From contig JAWOID010000126.1 in NCBI GenBank assembly GCA_046484865.1, forward strand, positions 1 to 24,055: a stretch of 24,055 nucleotides of DNA. The letters are read 5' to 3'. How positions within the stretch are numbered: position 1 is the stretch's first letter; each line of letters starts with the position of its first letter. The position numbers were made by a program, and so were the translations under genes. The stretch is from Candidatus Krumholzibacteriia bacterium. Lineage in GTDB: Bacteria > Krumholzibacteriota > Krumholzibacteriia > LZORAL124-64-63. The notes under the pieces are model-generated. The model was not told where the DNA came from. It saw only the letters and a list, made by a program, of their open reading frames with translations, and searched no databases. This document shows, piece after piece, positions 7,327-17,410 of this stretch.

Positions 7327-9275
7327 ACCAGCGTACTCTCGATCGGGAGGTAGTCGGGATCACCGGCGTTCCGTGCTCGCGAACGTCGGGATCGGGCCTC
7401 GGAGTTCACGTGCTCGATCGGATCGCTCGCCGTGGCGCCGAAGAACCGCGGCAGCGCGACCTCGAAGCAGTACCGGTCCATGCGATCGCGCTCGGAACGG
7501 TCCAGATCGCGCAGGCGGAACGACAGGACCGTGAGCCGGCGTCCTCCCACGCGGACGGCGTGCGCGCCGCCGTAGATCGCGCCGATGTCGCGCTCGAGCT
7601 GCAACTCGGGGATCTGCAGCCGGCCGGCCGTTCTCGCCGCGAGTGGGGGCGGCTCGTCCACGAGCGCGTACGCGCGGTCGTGGCCGAGGCGGCGGAGCTT
7701 CAGCGGGACGGGCCGGTGGACACCGTCGGCGACGAAGGTGGCCGCGACCTGCACGGGCGGGAGCTTCGCGTCGTCGGTCTGCCGGCGTTCGAAGCTGTGG
7801 ACCAGCGCCAGCGTGCCGGAGATACCGAAGAAGGTCGCGAAGATCAGCGCGAATATCACCGCCTCGGGTCGGGCGGAGTTGCCCCGGATCAGCCCGGCGA
7901 CCCCGATGCCGACGGCGGTCAGGTTGACCGCGACCAGCGGCACGAGCGGCGCGACCATGGCGGTGGGCCAGCCCTTGTGGGCGCCCTTGGGCGTCACCCG
8001 GAACACGAGGCCGTCCGGTCGCAGGAGGGCGGCCGAGGCGAGGATGAACAGCGGCAGATTCAGCATCTTGAAGCACTCGGACAGGAACAGACGGGCATGG
8101 CGGCCCGCGAGGAACCGATAGAGGAACAGCGCGGTGCAGATGTAGCCCGCGAAGACCGGCACCGCCGCTCCGCTCTCGAGCGCGATGGGGCTCGGGCCTC
8201 CCAGCAGGTAGATCGCCGGAGCCAGGTAGAACAGGAGGTGCTGGTAGGCCAGCAGATACCCGCCGAGCGAGTTCAGATAGCCGATCCGTTGCGTCCAGCT
8301 CAGGCCGCGCCGGAACAGCGGGTTCTCCCTGCGCAGGATCTGCATCGATCCCTGGGCCCAGCGCAGGCGCTGTCGCGCATACGCGAAGGCGGTGTCCGCG
8401 GCCTGCATGAAGCCGAGCGGCTCGTCCACGTACACGCTGCGCCATCCCGCCGCGTGCAGGCGCATCGAGGTGTGGATGTCTTCGGTGATGCTGCCGGTGG
8501 CGAAGCCGCCGATCTCGTCCAGTGCCCGGCGCCGGATGAGCGCCCCCGTGCCCACGAAGAAGGCCGCGTGGAGGCGGTCCAGCCCGGGCTGCATCAGATG
8601 GTGGAAGATCGAGGCCTCGTGCCACACCTCGCCGGTGAGCGGCGAAACCACGTGCTGGTAGCTGTCGAGGTTGTAGTAGATCTGCGGGATCTGCACCAGC
8701 GCCACGGCCGGATCGGCGAAGTGGCCGAGCAGCCGCCTCAGCAGGTTCGAGCGAGGCACGTGGTCGGCGTCCAGGATCAGCACCACCTCGCCCCGGGTGC
8801 GGCTCAGGGCGTGGTTGATGTTGCCGGCCTTGTAGTGCTCGTTCCCGTCGCGCTCGAGATAGCCGACGCCCAGTTCGCGCGCCAGGGCCTCGACCTCCCG
8901 GCGATGCCCATCGTCGCAGATCCAGGTCGCGTGCGGCAGGTCCATGTCGCGCGCCGCGATCGCCGTCGCCCGCAGCAGGTCGGGATCCTCGTCGTAGGTG
9001 GCGATCAACACGTCCACCGACGGCGGCGTCTCCGGAAGGTCCGGAACCGCTCGCTCGCGTCGCTCCACGACGATCAGGTAGAACACCATCGACGTGGCCA
9101 CGCCCACGATCTCGGCCAGGTAGAAGACGACGCCGTAGACAGGATGGTGCGGAGTGATCGTGAATGCGCCGCGCCAGGCGAGATAGGCGAGCGCGACCGC
9201 ACAGTAGGTCCCGAATGCCGCCCACCGCAGGCGTCGAGCGCCCGACACGCCGCCGATCGGCAAGGCGCCCGTCAT
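7323..9275 (-). CDS. processive GT2 beta-glycan synthase, BcsA/cellulose-synthase-like, 650 aa
   Basis: Start chosen at ATG 9275 (ATGA overlap with the upstream gene). Motifs ATYDED, DDG, HYKAGNIN, LDADH, QIPQ, FFVGTG, ITEDI, QRLRW, gating loop FRVTPKG; flanking TM helices; C-terminal PilZ-like region. Confidence 0.9.
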   Translation of the reverse strand: MTGALPIGGVSGARRLRWAAFGTYCAVALAYLAWRGAFTITPHHPVYGVVFYLAEIVGVATSMVFYLIVVERRERAVPDLPETPPSVDVLIATYDEDPDLLRATAIAARDMDLPHATWICDDGHRREVEALARELGVGYLERDGNEHYKAGNINHALSRTRGEVVLILDADHVPRSNLLRRLLGHFADPAVALVQIPQIYYNLDSYQHVVSPLTGEVWHEASIFHHLMQPGLDRLHAAFFVGTGALIRRRALDEIGGFATGSITEDIHTSMRLHAAGWRSVYVDEPLGFMQAADTAFAYARQRLRWAQGSMQILRRENPLFRRGLSWTQRIGYLNSLGGYLLAYQHLLFYLAPAIYLLGGPSPIALESGAAVPVFAGYICTALFLYRFLAGRHARLFLSECFKMLNLPLFILASAALLRPDGLVFRVTPKGAHKGWPTAMVAPLVPLVAVNLTAVGIGVAGLIRGNSARPEAVIFALIFATFFGISGTLALVHSFERRQTDDAKLPPVQVAATFVADGVHRPVPLKLRRLGHDRAYALVDEPPPLAARTAGRLQIPELQLERDIGAIYGGAHAVRVGGRRLTVLSFRLRDLDRSERDRMDRYCFEVALPRFFGATASDPIEHVNSEARSRRSRARNAGDPDYLPIESTLV

Positions 9276-12028
9276 CGATCTCGCTCCCGGGAGAGGCCGA
9301 TTGTCCAGCGCAGCGACGGCACGCGCGAGATCAGCCAGGCCACCAGGAAGGAACCGCCGACCACCACGGCCATGTTGAAGGGTACGATCCGCGCCGGCGA
9401 CCAGCCGCTGTCCTGCTCGAGGATCTCGAGCGTGTCCAGCAGCATCGGGTGGACGAGGAAGACGCCGAAGTTCAGCTTGCACAGCCGCCCGGCCCACGCG
9501 GGAAGGCTCTCGCCGGCCAGCATGAAGAGCATGAACACGGCCACCGGCATGAGATGGCGCGCGAGATGCTCCGCGAGATCGAGCGGCAACCAGCGGCCCG
9601 CCTCCACCTCGCCGAAGGCGTGGTGCAGGACGACGGACATCCCGGCCGTCAGCATCGCGACCGACATCGCCAGGAGCACGAGCTGCGTCCGCCGGCCGAT
9701 GCAGTCGCGATGGATGCGCTGCAGCGCGAAGGCGACGATCCCGAAGCCCGCGAATCCGAGCGTCTTCGTGGCCCGGAGCAGGTAGGGACGCCACTCGGCT
9801 TCGATTCCGGCGCGGTAGATCATGCCGTCGAGCATGCTCCAGGCCCAGAGCAGGACCGGCAGCGCCAGCAGCCACGCCCACGGCCGTCGCCACGCGATCC
9901 GGTACAGCGGAAACAGCAGCGTCAAGGCCAGCAGGAACGGCAGGAAGTGGAGGTGGTACTGGGCCTTGCCGAGCACGGCGAAGCCGAGCCACGCGAAGCC
10001 GTCGGCCAGGTATTCCCGGTAGGCGTCCTGGTACCCGAACGCGGATGCCTTCCAGTGCCGGAAGATCAGATAGATGATCGACCACAGCGCGAAGGGCACC
10101 AGCAGCCGATCCGCGCGTCGTCCCAGCACCTGCCGGTAGCTGCGGTCGCGCCGGTCCAGCCCGTGCGCCAGCAGGAAGAAAGCGGCGATCACGAACAGCG
10201 CGCTGTTCAAGGGCTGGCAGAGGGCGCGGCCCACCACGGGCACCCACCGCTGGGTGGATTCGAAGGCGCCGAACGCCTGGCCGTGGGCGTCGGCGGTCAC
10301 GTGGAAACCGACGATGCCCAGGATGCCGAGCATCTTCGCGGCATCGGCCCACGAAAGGCGAGCGGTGATGGCCGCCGTGCGTTCTGCAACCGCCGGGGTC
10401 GTGGGCACCTCTATCGTGGACGCCGCGATCGCCCGCTGGCCGTATGGACGCCGTACTCCGGCTCGCCAGCCCGCCACCGCCGCGGTCCCGGTGGCCAGCA
10501 GCATCGCGAGCGGGACGTGCTCCGGTCGCGGACTCATGAATGCGGGCAACCATGAGTCCAGCACGAGCAGGACGATGGGTCCGACCAGCGCGGCAGCGGC
10601 GACGTGCAGGGCGTGCCGGCGGACCAGCAGCCACGCGAAGCGGAAGCCGCCGACGATTCCCACGATCGCGAGCGAAGCCGCGAACAGGCGAGCGGCCTGG
10701 GGATGTCGAGCGATGATACCGCTCTCGACGGCCGCGCCGCTCACGCCCGCCGCCAGCAGTCCTTTCACCGGCGGCCCGCCTGCGTGTCCGGTGCGGGTCG
10801 CGCCGATGGCGCAGCCGCTCGCCGGCGCCGCCGCCGGCACGACCCGCGCGGCCTCGACGCCGATCCGGAACGGCCCGGGCCGGCCACGCAACAGCATGGC
10901 CATCCCCACCATGCTGCCCGGCGATGCCGTCGACCAGTCGAAATCGCGCAACGCCAGCGTGTAGCGCGCGCGATCGGCGGAGACGCGTTCCGTCCGGAAA
11001 CTCGACAGCGGCACGGGCTCGGTGCTCCCCGAGCGCCCCACGAGACGGACCGCCCAGGGGGGCGGATCGGAGGCGTCCAGCACGAGTTCGAGACGGCCGT
11101 GCGCCTCGACCAGCGGGGAGAGATCGTGGCTGCGCCATTCGGTCCCGGAAAGGACGAAGGTGGTGTAACCATCTGGTCCGTGCTTGCCCGAGACCACGAG
11201 GAGGCTTCCGCCGGTCTCGTCCGGAGTCGTGATCTCCCGAACCGCCACGTCCGCGCCACCCGTGTCGAGCGCGAAGCCGCCGGGATCGCTGCCCCAGTCT
11301 GCGCTGAAGAAGGTGGTGGGCGGCGGGGGATCCCAGGCGAGACGCAGCCTCAAGCGCGCCGGGTCGGACCCGAGCCTCAGGGTGCGCTCGAGCGGCATGC
11401 TCACGCCTTCGGGCAGCGAGCGGTAGTCCCGCGTGACATCATGGAGATTGCCGCCGCCGATCAGTTCCACCCGCGCCGACTCGTCGAGCGGACCGGTCCG
11501 GACGGCTTCCCAGCGGACCCGCACGTCGCGCGGCCCGCGCGCGGGCGCAACGTCGATCTCGGCCAGACGGCCGGCTTCCTCCAGGGGCACCACCTGCAAG
11601 GGCAGTTGCACGCGCAGCGCTCCCGCGCCGCTCGTCTCGACGACCTCGCCGCTGGACCGCAGCGAGCCGTTCAGGAGAAGCTCGTCGAGCGTGGGGACGT
11701 GCAGCGCAGCGAGCGTGGCGAGGAGCACGGCGGTCGCGACCAGTGCCCAGGCGGGGCTCGGCGACGACGCCCGTTGCCGGTCGTCCGATCGCGCGAGGAC
11801 CCATCCGCATGCGGCCACGGAGAGCGCCACCACCAGGTAGGGCTTGGCCTGCTGCAGCGCGAGGGCGACGACCGCGAGGAGAGAGCTGCGGCGAGCCTCG
11901 AGCCAGGTGGAATCGAGGAGGAGTGCCTCTATCGCGACGGCGAGCACCGCCACCGCCATCCCGCCCGCGCCCAGACGCCGGGCCGACCCGGAGCCATCCG
12001 TGAACGGGAACGGGGGCGAGGCGTTCAT
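9272..12028 (-). CDS. fusion of N-terminal TM helices, a large extracytoplasmic beta-sandwich/CBM-like region and a C-terminal acyltransferase family 3 (Acyl_transf_3) domain, 918 aa
   Basis: ATG at 12028 with GGAG upstream. AT3 motifs RLSWADAAKMLGILGIVGFH, LFVIAAFFLL, RRADRLLVPFALWSIIY, YHLHFL, NFGVFLVHPMLL. A soluble beta-rich segment of about 330 aa lies between TM clusters. Confidence 0.8.
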   Translation of the reverse strand: MNASPPFPFTDGSGSARRLGAGGMAVAVLAVAIEALLLDSTWLEARRSSLLAVVALALQQAKPYLVVALSVAACGWVLARSDDRQRASSPSPAWALVATAVLLATLAALHVPTLDELLLNGSLRSSGEVVETSGAGALRVQLPLQVVPLEEAGRLAEIDVAPARGPRDVRVRWEAVRTGPLDESARVELIGGGNLHDVTRDYRSLPEGVSMPLERTLRLGSDPARLRLRLAWDPPPPTTFFSADWGSDPGGFALDTGGADVAVREITTPDETGGSLLVVSGKHGPDGYTTFVLSGTEWRSHDLSPLVEAHGRLELVLDASDPPPWAVRLVGRSGSTEPVPLSSFRTERVSADRARYTLALRDFDWSTASPGSMVGMAMLLRGRPGPFRIGVEAARVVPAAAPASGCAIGATRTGHAGGPPVKGLLAAGVSGAAVESGIIARHPQAARLFAASLAIVGIVGGFRFAWLLVRRHALHVAAAALVGPIVLLVLDSWLPAFMSPRPEHVPLAMLLATGTAAVAGWRAGVRRPYGQRAIAASTIEVPTTPAVAERTAAITARLSWADAAKMLGILGIVGFHVTADAHGQAFGAFESTQRWVPVVGRALCQPLNSALFVIAAFFLLAHGLDRRDRSYRQVLGRRADRLLVPFALWSIIYLIFRHWKASAFGYQDAYREYLADGFAWLGFAVLGKAQYHLHFLPFLLALTLLFPLYRIAWRRPWAWLLALPVLLWAWSMLDGMIYRAGIEAEWRPYLLRATKTLGFAGFGIVAFALQRIHRDCIGRRTQLVLLAMSVAMLTAGMSVVLHHAFGEVEAGRWLPLDLAEHLARHLMPVAVFMLFMLAGESLPAWAGRLCKLNFGVFLVHPMLLDTLEILEQDSGWSPARIVPFNMAVVVGGSFLVAWLISRVPSLRWTIGLSRERDR

Positions 12029-12178
12029 GCCGGCTCCAGGCGATGACGAACGGTATTGCGGCCCGCAACCAAGGCCTGCTCGTGCTGGCAACCTTTGCCG
12101 GCGGGCGGTCTGGCGCCGACCCGAGACAGGGGCGACCTCGGGGCCGGATCACACGGGCGGCAGGTTCCCGGGCCGGTA

Positions 12179-12194
12179 CGCAATATCCGTACCT
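12179..12194 (-). promoter_or_regulatory. sigma54 (-24/-12)-like promoter for the four-gene operon
   Basis: Minus strand AGGTACGGATATTGCG versus consensus TGGCACG-N4-TTGC; exact GG-N10-GC spacing, about 150 nt upstream of ATG 12028 and correctly oriented. Confidence 0.55.
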
Positions 12195-12376
12195 GATTGC
12201 CGCACCAGAGCAAGATGGGATACCCCAAGGACGGGCAAGCTGCAACTGGGCCCCGAGAGGACAGTTAGAGAAGGTGCCAGGCGTCATCCGCCCGGACGGA
12301 GAACATGGGGGAGCTTCCGGAGCGTTGCAGAGCGCAGCCCGTGGCGGGTTGGCCGCGTCGCGGGCGATCCCGATGC

Positions 12377-13705
12377 TCACTCGCCGCGCAGGCAGACGAT
12401 CTTGAGCGCGGCATCCTCCGCTGCGTCCGCTGTGTCCGCTGCGTCGGCGTCCTCGGCGTCCTCGTCGTTCCGGCCATACATAGCGTTCCAGGCCGCCCTG
12501 ACGTTCCGCAGCAGGATCCAGCGTCCGTCGTCCAGGTGGATGAGCCTGTCCTGGTCCGGATCCATGGCGACGGCCACGTGCACCACCTCCTGGAAGCGAC
12601 CCTCGGCGTCGAACAGGTCGCAGGAGCGTGCCGCCCCGGGCTCCGCGGGCTTCATGCCGTGTCCATTCGTCACCCACAGCATGCCGTCGTCCAGGATCTG
12701 GAGCGCCTGGATGGGCGCCACCGTCTCCAGGACCTTGCTCTCGACCTTCACTTCCCTGCCGTTGACCCACATGGTGACGTTCGCGCGCACCTCGTCCTTC
12801 TCCTCCGCCGTGCGTCGCCGTGGCTCGTACGCGCGCTCGATGACGCCGACCTGGGCTCCGCCGGGATCGTGGACGACGATGCGATAGAGGTCGCGCCCGG
12901 CCGCGACATGGAGGCGGCCGGCGGCATCGAGGTCGAACAGGTTGCGGCTCGGGAACCAGTCGACGGACTCGTCGTAGCTGCCGGCGAAGTCGAAGCCCGC
13001 CGGCTTCTCCCGCAGCCGGGCGATCTCGTTCCCCGTGAGATCGAAGATGCCGAGGTAGCGCGACTGGAAGGGCTTGCCGTCCTCGCGGTTGCCGAACTGC
13101 ATGCCGCTCACGGCCAGCACGCCGCCCCGGCAGCGGACGTCCTGGATCGAGCTGGTGCTGAGCCGCTGCCCGTCCTGCGCGGCGAGCTGGATCGACGACA
13201 GCGGCACGCCGCCGGCATCGATGCGGGTGAGCTGCCCCCGCTTCCGGTCCTGGATGCCGAGGCCTCCGTCGGGCAGCCAGAACATCCCCTGCGGATGGTT
13301 CAGCTCGCCCGGGCCCTCGCCTTCGCGGCTGAGGGTCCGCAGATGTTCTCCCGTCGCCGAGTAGACCAGCACCTGCCCGAGCTGGTTGTCGGTGAGCCAC
13401 AGCGTGCCGGCGGACCCGGAGATGGCCGACGACAGGACGCCGATCAGTTCCTCCTCCTCGTCGACGTTCACGCTCCAGAGTTCCTCGAGCCGCAGCGTGC
13501 GCTCCCCGGCGAGCGGTTCGGAGCCGTTGCGCACGTGGCGGACGCCTGCGACGACCTCGATCGCTGGTGGTTCCGGCGCGGCTTCTACCACCTGCACTGC
13601 CTGCACCGCCTGCGCCGCGACCAGGACGAGGGCCGCGATCGGCGGCAGGGCTCTGGTGGCATGGGGGTCGAACGCAAGGCCGGCCAGGAGAGGGCGGAGC
13701 GTCAT
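12377..13705 (-). CDS. secreted 6-bladed beta-propeller (NHL-like) protein
   Basis: ATG at 13705 with GAGGAG RBS; hydrophobic N-terminus; blades such as GTLWLTDNQLGQVLVYSATGEHLRTLSREGEGPGELNHP and CDLFDAEGRF. Confidence 0.75.
   Translation of the reverse strand: MTLRPLLAGLAFDPHATRALPPIAALVLVAAQAVQAVQVVEAAPEPPAIEVVAGVRHVRNGSEPLAGERTLRLEELWSVNVDEEEELIGVLSSAISGSAGTLWLTDNQLGQVLVYSATGEHLRTLSREGEGPGELNHPQGMFWLPDGGLGIQDRKRGQLTRIDAGGVPLSSIQLAAQDGQRLSTSSIQDVRCRGGVLAVSGMQFGNREDGKPFQSRYLGIFDLTGNEIARLREKPAGFDFAGSYDESVDWFPSRNLFDLDAAGRLHVAAGRDLYRIVVHDPGGAQVGVIERAYEPRRRTAEEKDEVRANVTMWVNGREVKVESKVLETVAPIQALQILDDGMLWVTNGHGMKPAEPGAARSCDLFDAEGRFQEVVHVAVAMDPDQDRLIHLDDGRWILLRNVRAAWNAMYGRNDEDAEDADAADTADAAEDAALKIVCLRGE
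12417..12470. repeat. degenerate 9-bp tandem repeats encoding an Asp/Ala-rich segment (DEDAEDADAADTADAAE)
   Basis: TCCGCTGCG, TCCGCTGTG, TCCGCTGCG, TCGGCGTCC, TCGGCGTCC, TCGTCGTTC. Confidence 0.7.
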
Positions 13706-13877
13706 GGCGGATCTCCTCGGAGACGGAGGCCGGGGCGAGAGGACGATCGTAGGCGGAACGGGCGGCGGAGTCAATCGGACGAGGTCACGTCGGGCGCCGG
13801 GGTAGCCTCCCGCGCCGGGCGCGGCTAGCATGGGAGCGGGGGCCACCGGTACGCCACGTGCGCGGAAGCGAGGCCTC

Positions 13878-14039
13878 ATGGACGTTCTCAGAATCATCGT
13901 GGCCATCATCCTGCCCCCGCTCGGGGTCTTCTTGCAGGAGGGACTGGGCAAGCACTTCTGGATCAACGTGCTGCTGACGATCCTCGGATACCTGCCGGGG
14001 ATCATCCACGCGGTGTACATCATCGTGTCGCGGAAGTGA
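13878..14039 (+). CDS. yqaE: YqaE/Pmp3 family small membrane protein, 53 aa
   Basis: MDVLRIIVAIILPPLGVFLQEGLGKHFWINVLLTILGYLPGIIHAVYII matches the UPF0057/Pmp3 pattern. Confidence 0.93.
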   Translation: MDVLRIIVAIILPPLGVFLQEGLGKHFWINVLLTILGYLPGIIHAVYIIVSRK

Positions 14040-14080
14040 TCCGGCGCCGGCAACGTGCCACCTCGCCGGAATCCCCGCCG

Positions 14081-14140
14081 TGGTATGATGGCTGCGGTCG
14101 CGAGGCGCAGGTTGAGGGTCTGCCCGTGCGTGTCTACCAT
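14081..14140 (+). promoter_or_regulatory. candidate sigma70 promoters for the wzm/wzt operon
   Basis: Extended -10 TG-G-TATGAT at 14081-14089; TTGAGG-N17-TACCAT at 14112-14140. Confidence 0.35.
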
Positions 14141-14226
14141 GGTGCGAGGAATCATGGGGATCACGACGGCCGACCACGGTAGCCGCACCGACCCGCCCGG
14201 GTGGGCGGCGGCGGACCAGGAGGATC

Positions 14227-15088
14227 ATGCCACCCAGCGGGGACACCATCGTCGCACCGTCGCGCAGGCGCTCCGAACTCCCGCAGATCACGATCCGGCC
14301 GCACCGCGGGTGGGGCGGCATCGACGTGCGCGAGATCTGGCGTTTCCGCGACCTGCTCGGCATCCTGGGCGGGCGCGACCTGAAGGTGCGCTACAAGCAG
14401 ACGGCCCTGGGCGTCTCCTGGGTGGTGCTGCAACCGCTGATCGCGGCCGGCATCTTCAGCTTCGTCTTCGGCGGCATCGCCAAGCTCGAGGCGCCCGGGC
14501 AGGTGCCCTACTTCGTGTTCAGCTTCACCGGCATGCTGCTCTGGCAGACGTTCGCCACCACCCTTAACCGCGCCGGCGGGTCCATGGTGAGCAACCAGCA
14601 CCTGGTGGCGAAGATCTACTTCCCCCGCCTGATCCTGCCGATCTCCACCGTCTTCTCGGCGCTGGTGGACTTCGCGGTGGGACTGGGTCTGCTGGTGGTG
14701 CTGCTGGCGCTCTTCTGGCAGTTCCCCGGCTGGCACGTGCTGATGCTGCCGGTCTGCCTGCTGATGTTGCTGACCCTGGCGATGGGAACCGGCTTCGCCG
14801 CCGCCGCGCTGGCGGTGCCCTACCGGGACGTGAACTACCTGCGTCCGGTCGCCATCCAGTTCCTGCTCTACGCCAGCCCCGTGGCCTATGCCGTGGCCGA
14901 GGTGCCGGCCGGGTATCGACACCTCTACATGCTGAACCCGATCGCACCGATCCTGGAGACCACGCGCTGGGCGGTGCTGGGTACCGGCACGGTGCCCTGG
15001 GGCTACCTGGGAATCGCGGCCGTGGTCTGCGCCGTCTCGCTCGTGGTGGGCGCCGCGGTGTTCACCCGCATGGAGAGGAATTTCGCGG

Positions 15089-15099
<11 letters not shown>
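14227..15099 (+). CDS. wzm: ABC-2 type polysaccharide export permease
   Basis: AGGAGG RBS; RDLKVRYKQTALGVSWVVLQPL, LVAKIYFPRLILP, YRDV, YASPVAY, LNPI, ERNFADVI. Confidence 0.93.
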
Positions 15100-16360
<1,261 letters not shown>

Positions 16361-16405
16361 GTCGTCTGCGGGCAGGCGGCGATTCCACGCGCGAGGAGGA
16401 CGACC

Positions 16406-17410
16406 TTGGCATCCCTGGCGGGACGGTTGAAGGATAAGCTGCTCGTACCCTGGTTCGTCCGGGCGTCCTTCGGCAACGTCCAGCGCCGGCTGGACCGACT
16501 CGAGCGCCGTCTCGAACTGCTGCAGGAGGCGCTCGGGCGGGTGGAGTCGCGGCAGGCGCGGTCGCTCGACCCGGTCCCGGACGGCGCGGCGAACTCCACG
16601 TTGCGACCGGGCGAGGCGCTGCGTCCGCACGAGTTCCGCGTGTTCAGCCAGTGGGGCGAGGACGGCATCATCCGGCACCTGGTGGACACGGTGCCGGTGC
16701 CGCGGCCGCTGTTCGTGGAGATCGGCGTGGAGCGGTACGAGGAGGCGAACACGCGCTTCCTGCTGGTGGACCGCAACTGGAGCGGGCTGGTGATCGACGG
16801 CAAGCCGTCCCATGTCGCCCACATCCGGCAGAGCCGCATCTACTGGCTGCACAACCTGAAGGCGGTCGAAGCGTTCGTCACCCGCGAGAACGTCGACGAC
16901 CTTCTGCGCGATGCGGGCGTGACGGGCGAGATCGGTCTGCTGTCGCTGGACATCGACGGTATGGACTACTGGGTGTTCGAGGCGCTCGAGGCGGTGCGGC
17001 CGGCCATCGTGGTGCTCGAGTACAACCACCGCTTCGGCGCAGAGGCGGAGGTCACGGTGCCGTACGATCCCGGGTTCGACCGGCGCCGCGCTCACCACTC
17101 GCTGGTGTACTTCGGCGCTTCGCTGGCGGCGCTGGCGTCGCTGGCCGCCAGGAAGGGCTACGATCTGGTGGGCTGCGGGCGGGCGGGCGTGAACGCGTTC
17201 TTCGTCCGCCGCGACCTCCGGCCGGCGCACCTGCCCGCGCTCACCGCCGCCGAGGCGTTCGTGCCGGGCGGGTTCAGCGAGTATCACGACGCGGAGGGAC
17301 GGCGCGCGCGCATGTCGCCGGCGGAGGAGAGCCGTCTGGCGCTGAGCCTGCCGCTGGTCGACGTGAGCACACCGCCGGCGGTGCCCGCGGCGCAGGAGCC
17401 GCAGCCGTGA
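16406..17410 (+). CDS. FkbM-like SAM-dependent methyltransferase-fold protein with N-terminal coiled coil
   Basis: TTG start after GAGGAGGA; motifs FSQWGEDGII, FVEIGV, WSGLVIDG, LLSLDIDGMDYW, VVLEYN. Confidence 0.7.
   Translation: MASLAGRLKDKLLVPWFVRASFGNVQRRLDRLERRLELLQEALGRVESRQARSLDPVPDGAANSTLRPGEALRPHEFRVFSQWGEDGIIRHLVDTVPVPRPLFVEIGVERYEEANTRFLLVDRNWSGLVIDGKPSHVAHIRQSRIYWLHNLKAVEAFVTRENVDDLLRDAGVTGEIGLLSLDIDGMDYWVFEALEAVRPAIVVLEYNHRFGAEAEVTVPYDPGFDRRRAHHSLVYFGASLAALASLAARKGYDLVGCGRAGVNAFFVRRDLRPAHLPALTAAEAFVPGGFSEYHDAEGRRARMSPAEESRLALSLPLVDVSTPPAVPAAQEPQP

Noticed and set aside
7323..9275. Assigning the symbol bcsA (and bcsC/bcsZ to neighbours)
   Set aside because: No bcsB, a non-GH8 hydrolase, altered FFCGS and PilZ motifs; the product is not demonstrably cellulose.
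9276..11138. N-terminal 621-aa extension of the GT2 synthase ORF
   Set aside because: Low-complexity alternate-frame translation overlapping the acyltransferase; the ATGA-coupled ATG at 9275 is the better start.
12029..12170. c-di-GMP-I riboswitch in the operon leader (GGCAAAGGTTGCC on the minus strand)
   Set aside because: Lacks the GAAA tetraloop stem and the GACGCAAA-type core; only a short hairpin is present.
16651..17406. N-terminal extension of the GT9 ORF
   Set aside because: Overlaps the FkbM-like gene out of frame; GTGA coupling at 17407 gives a normal GT9 start.
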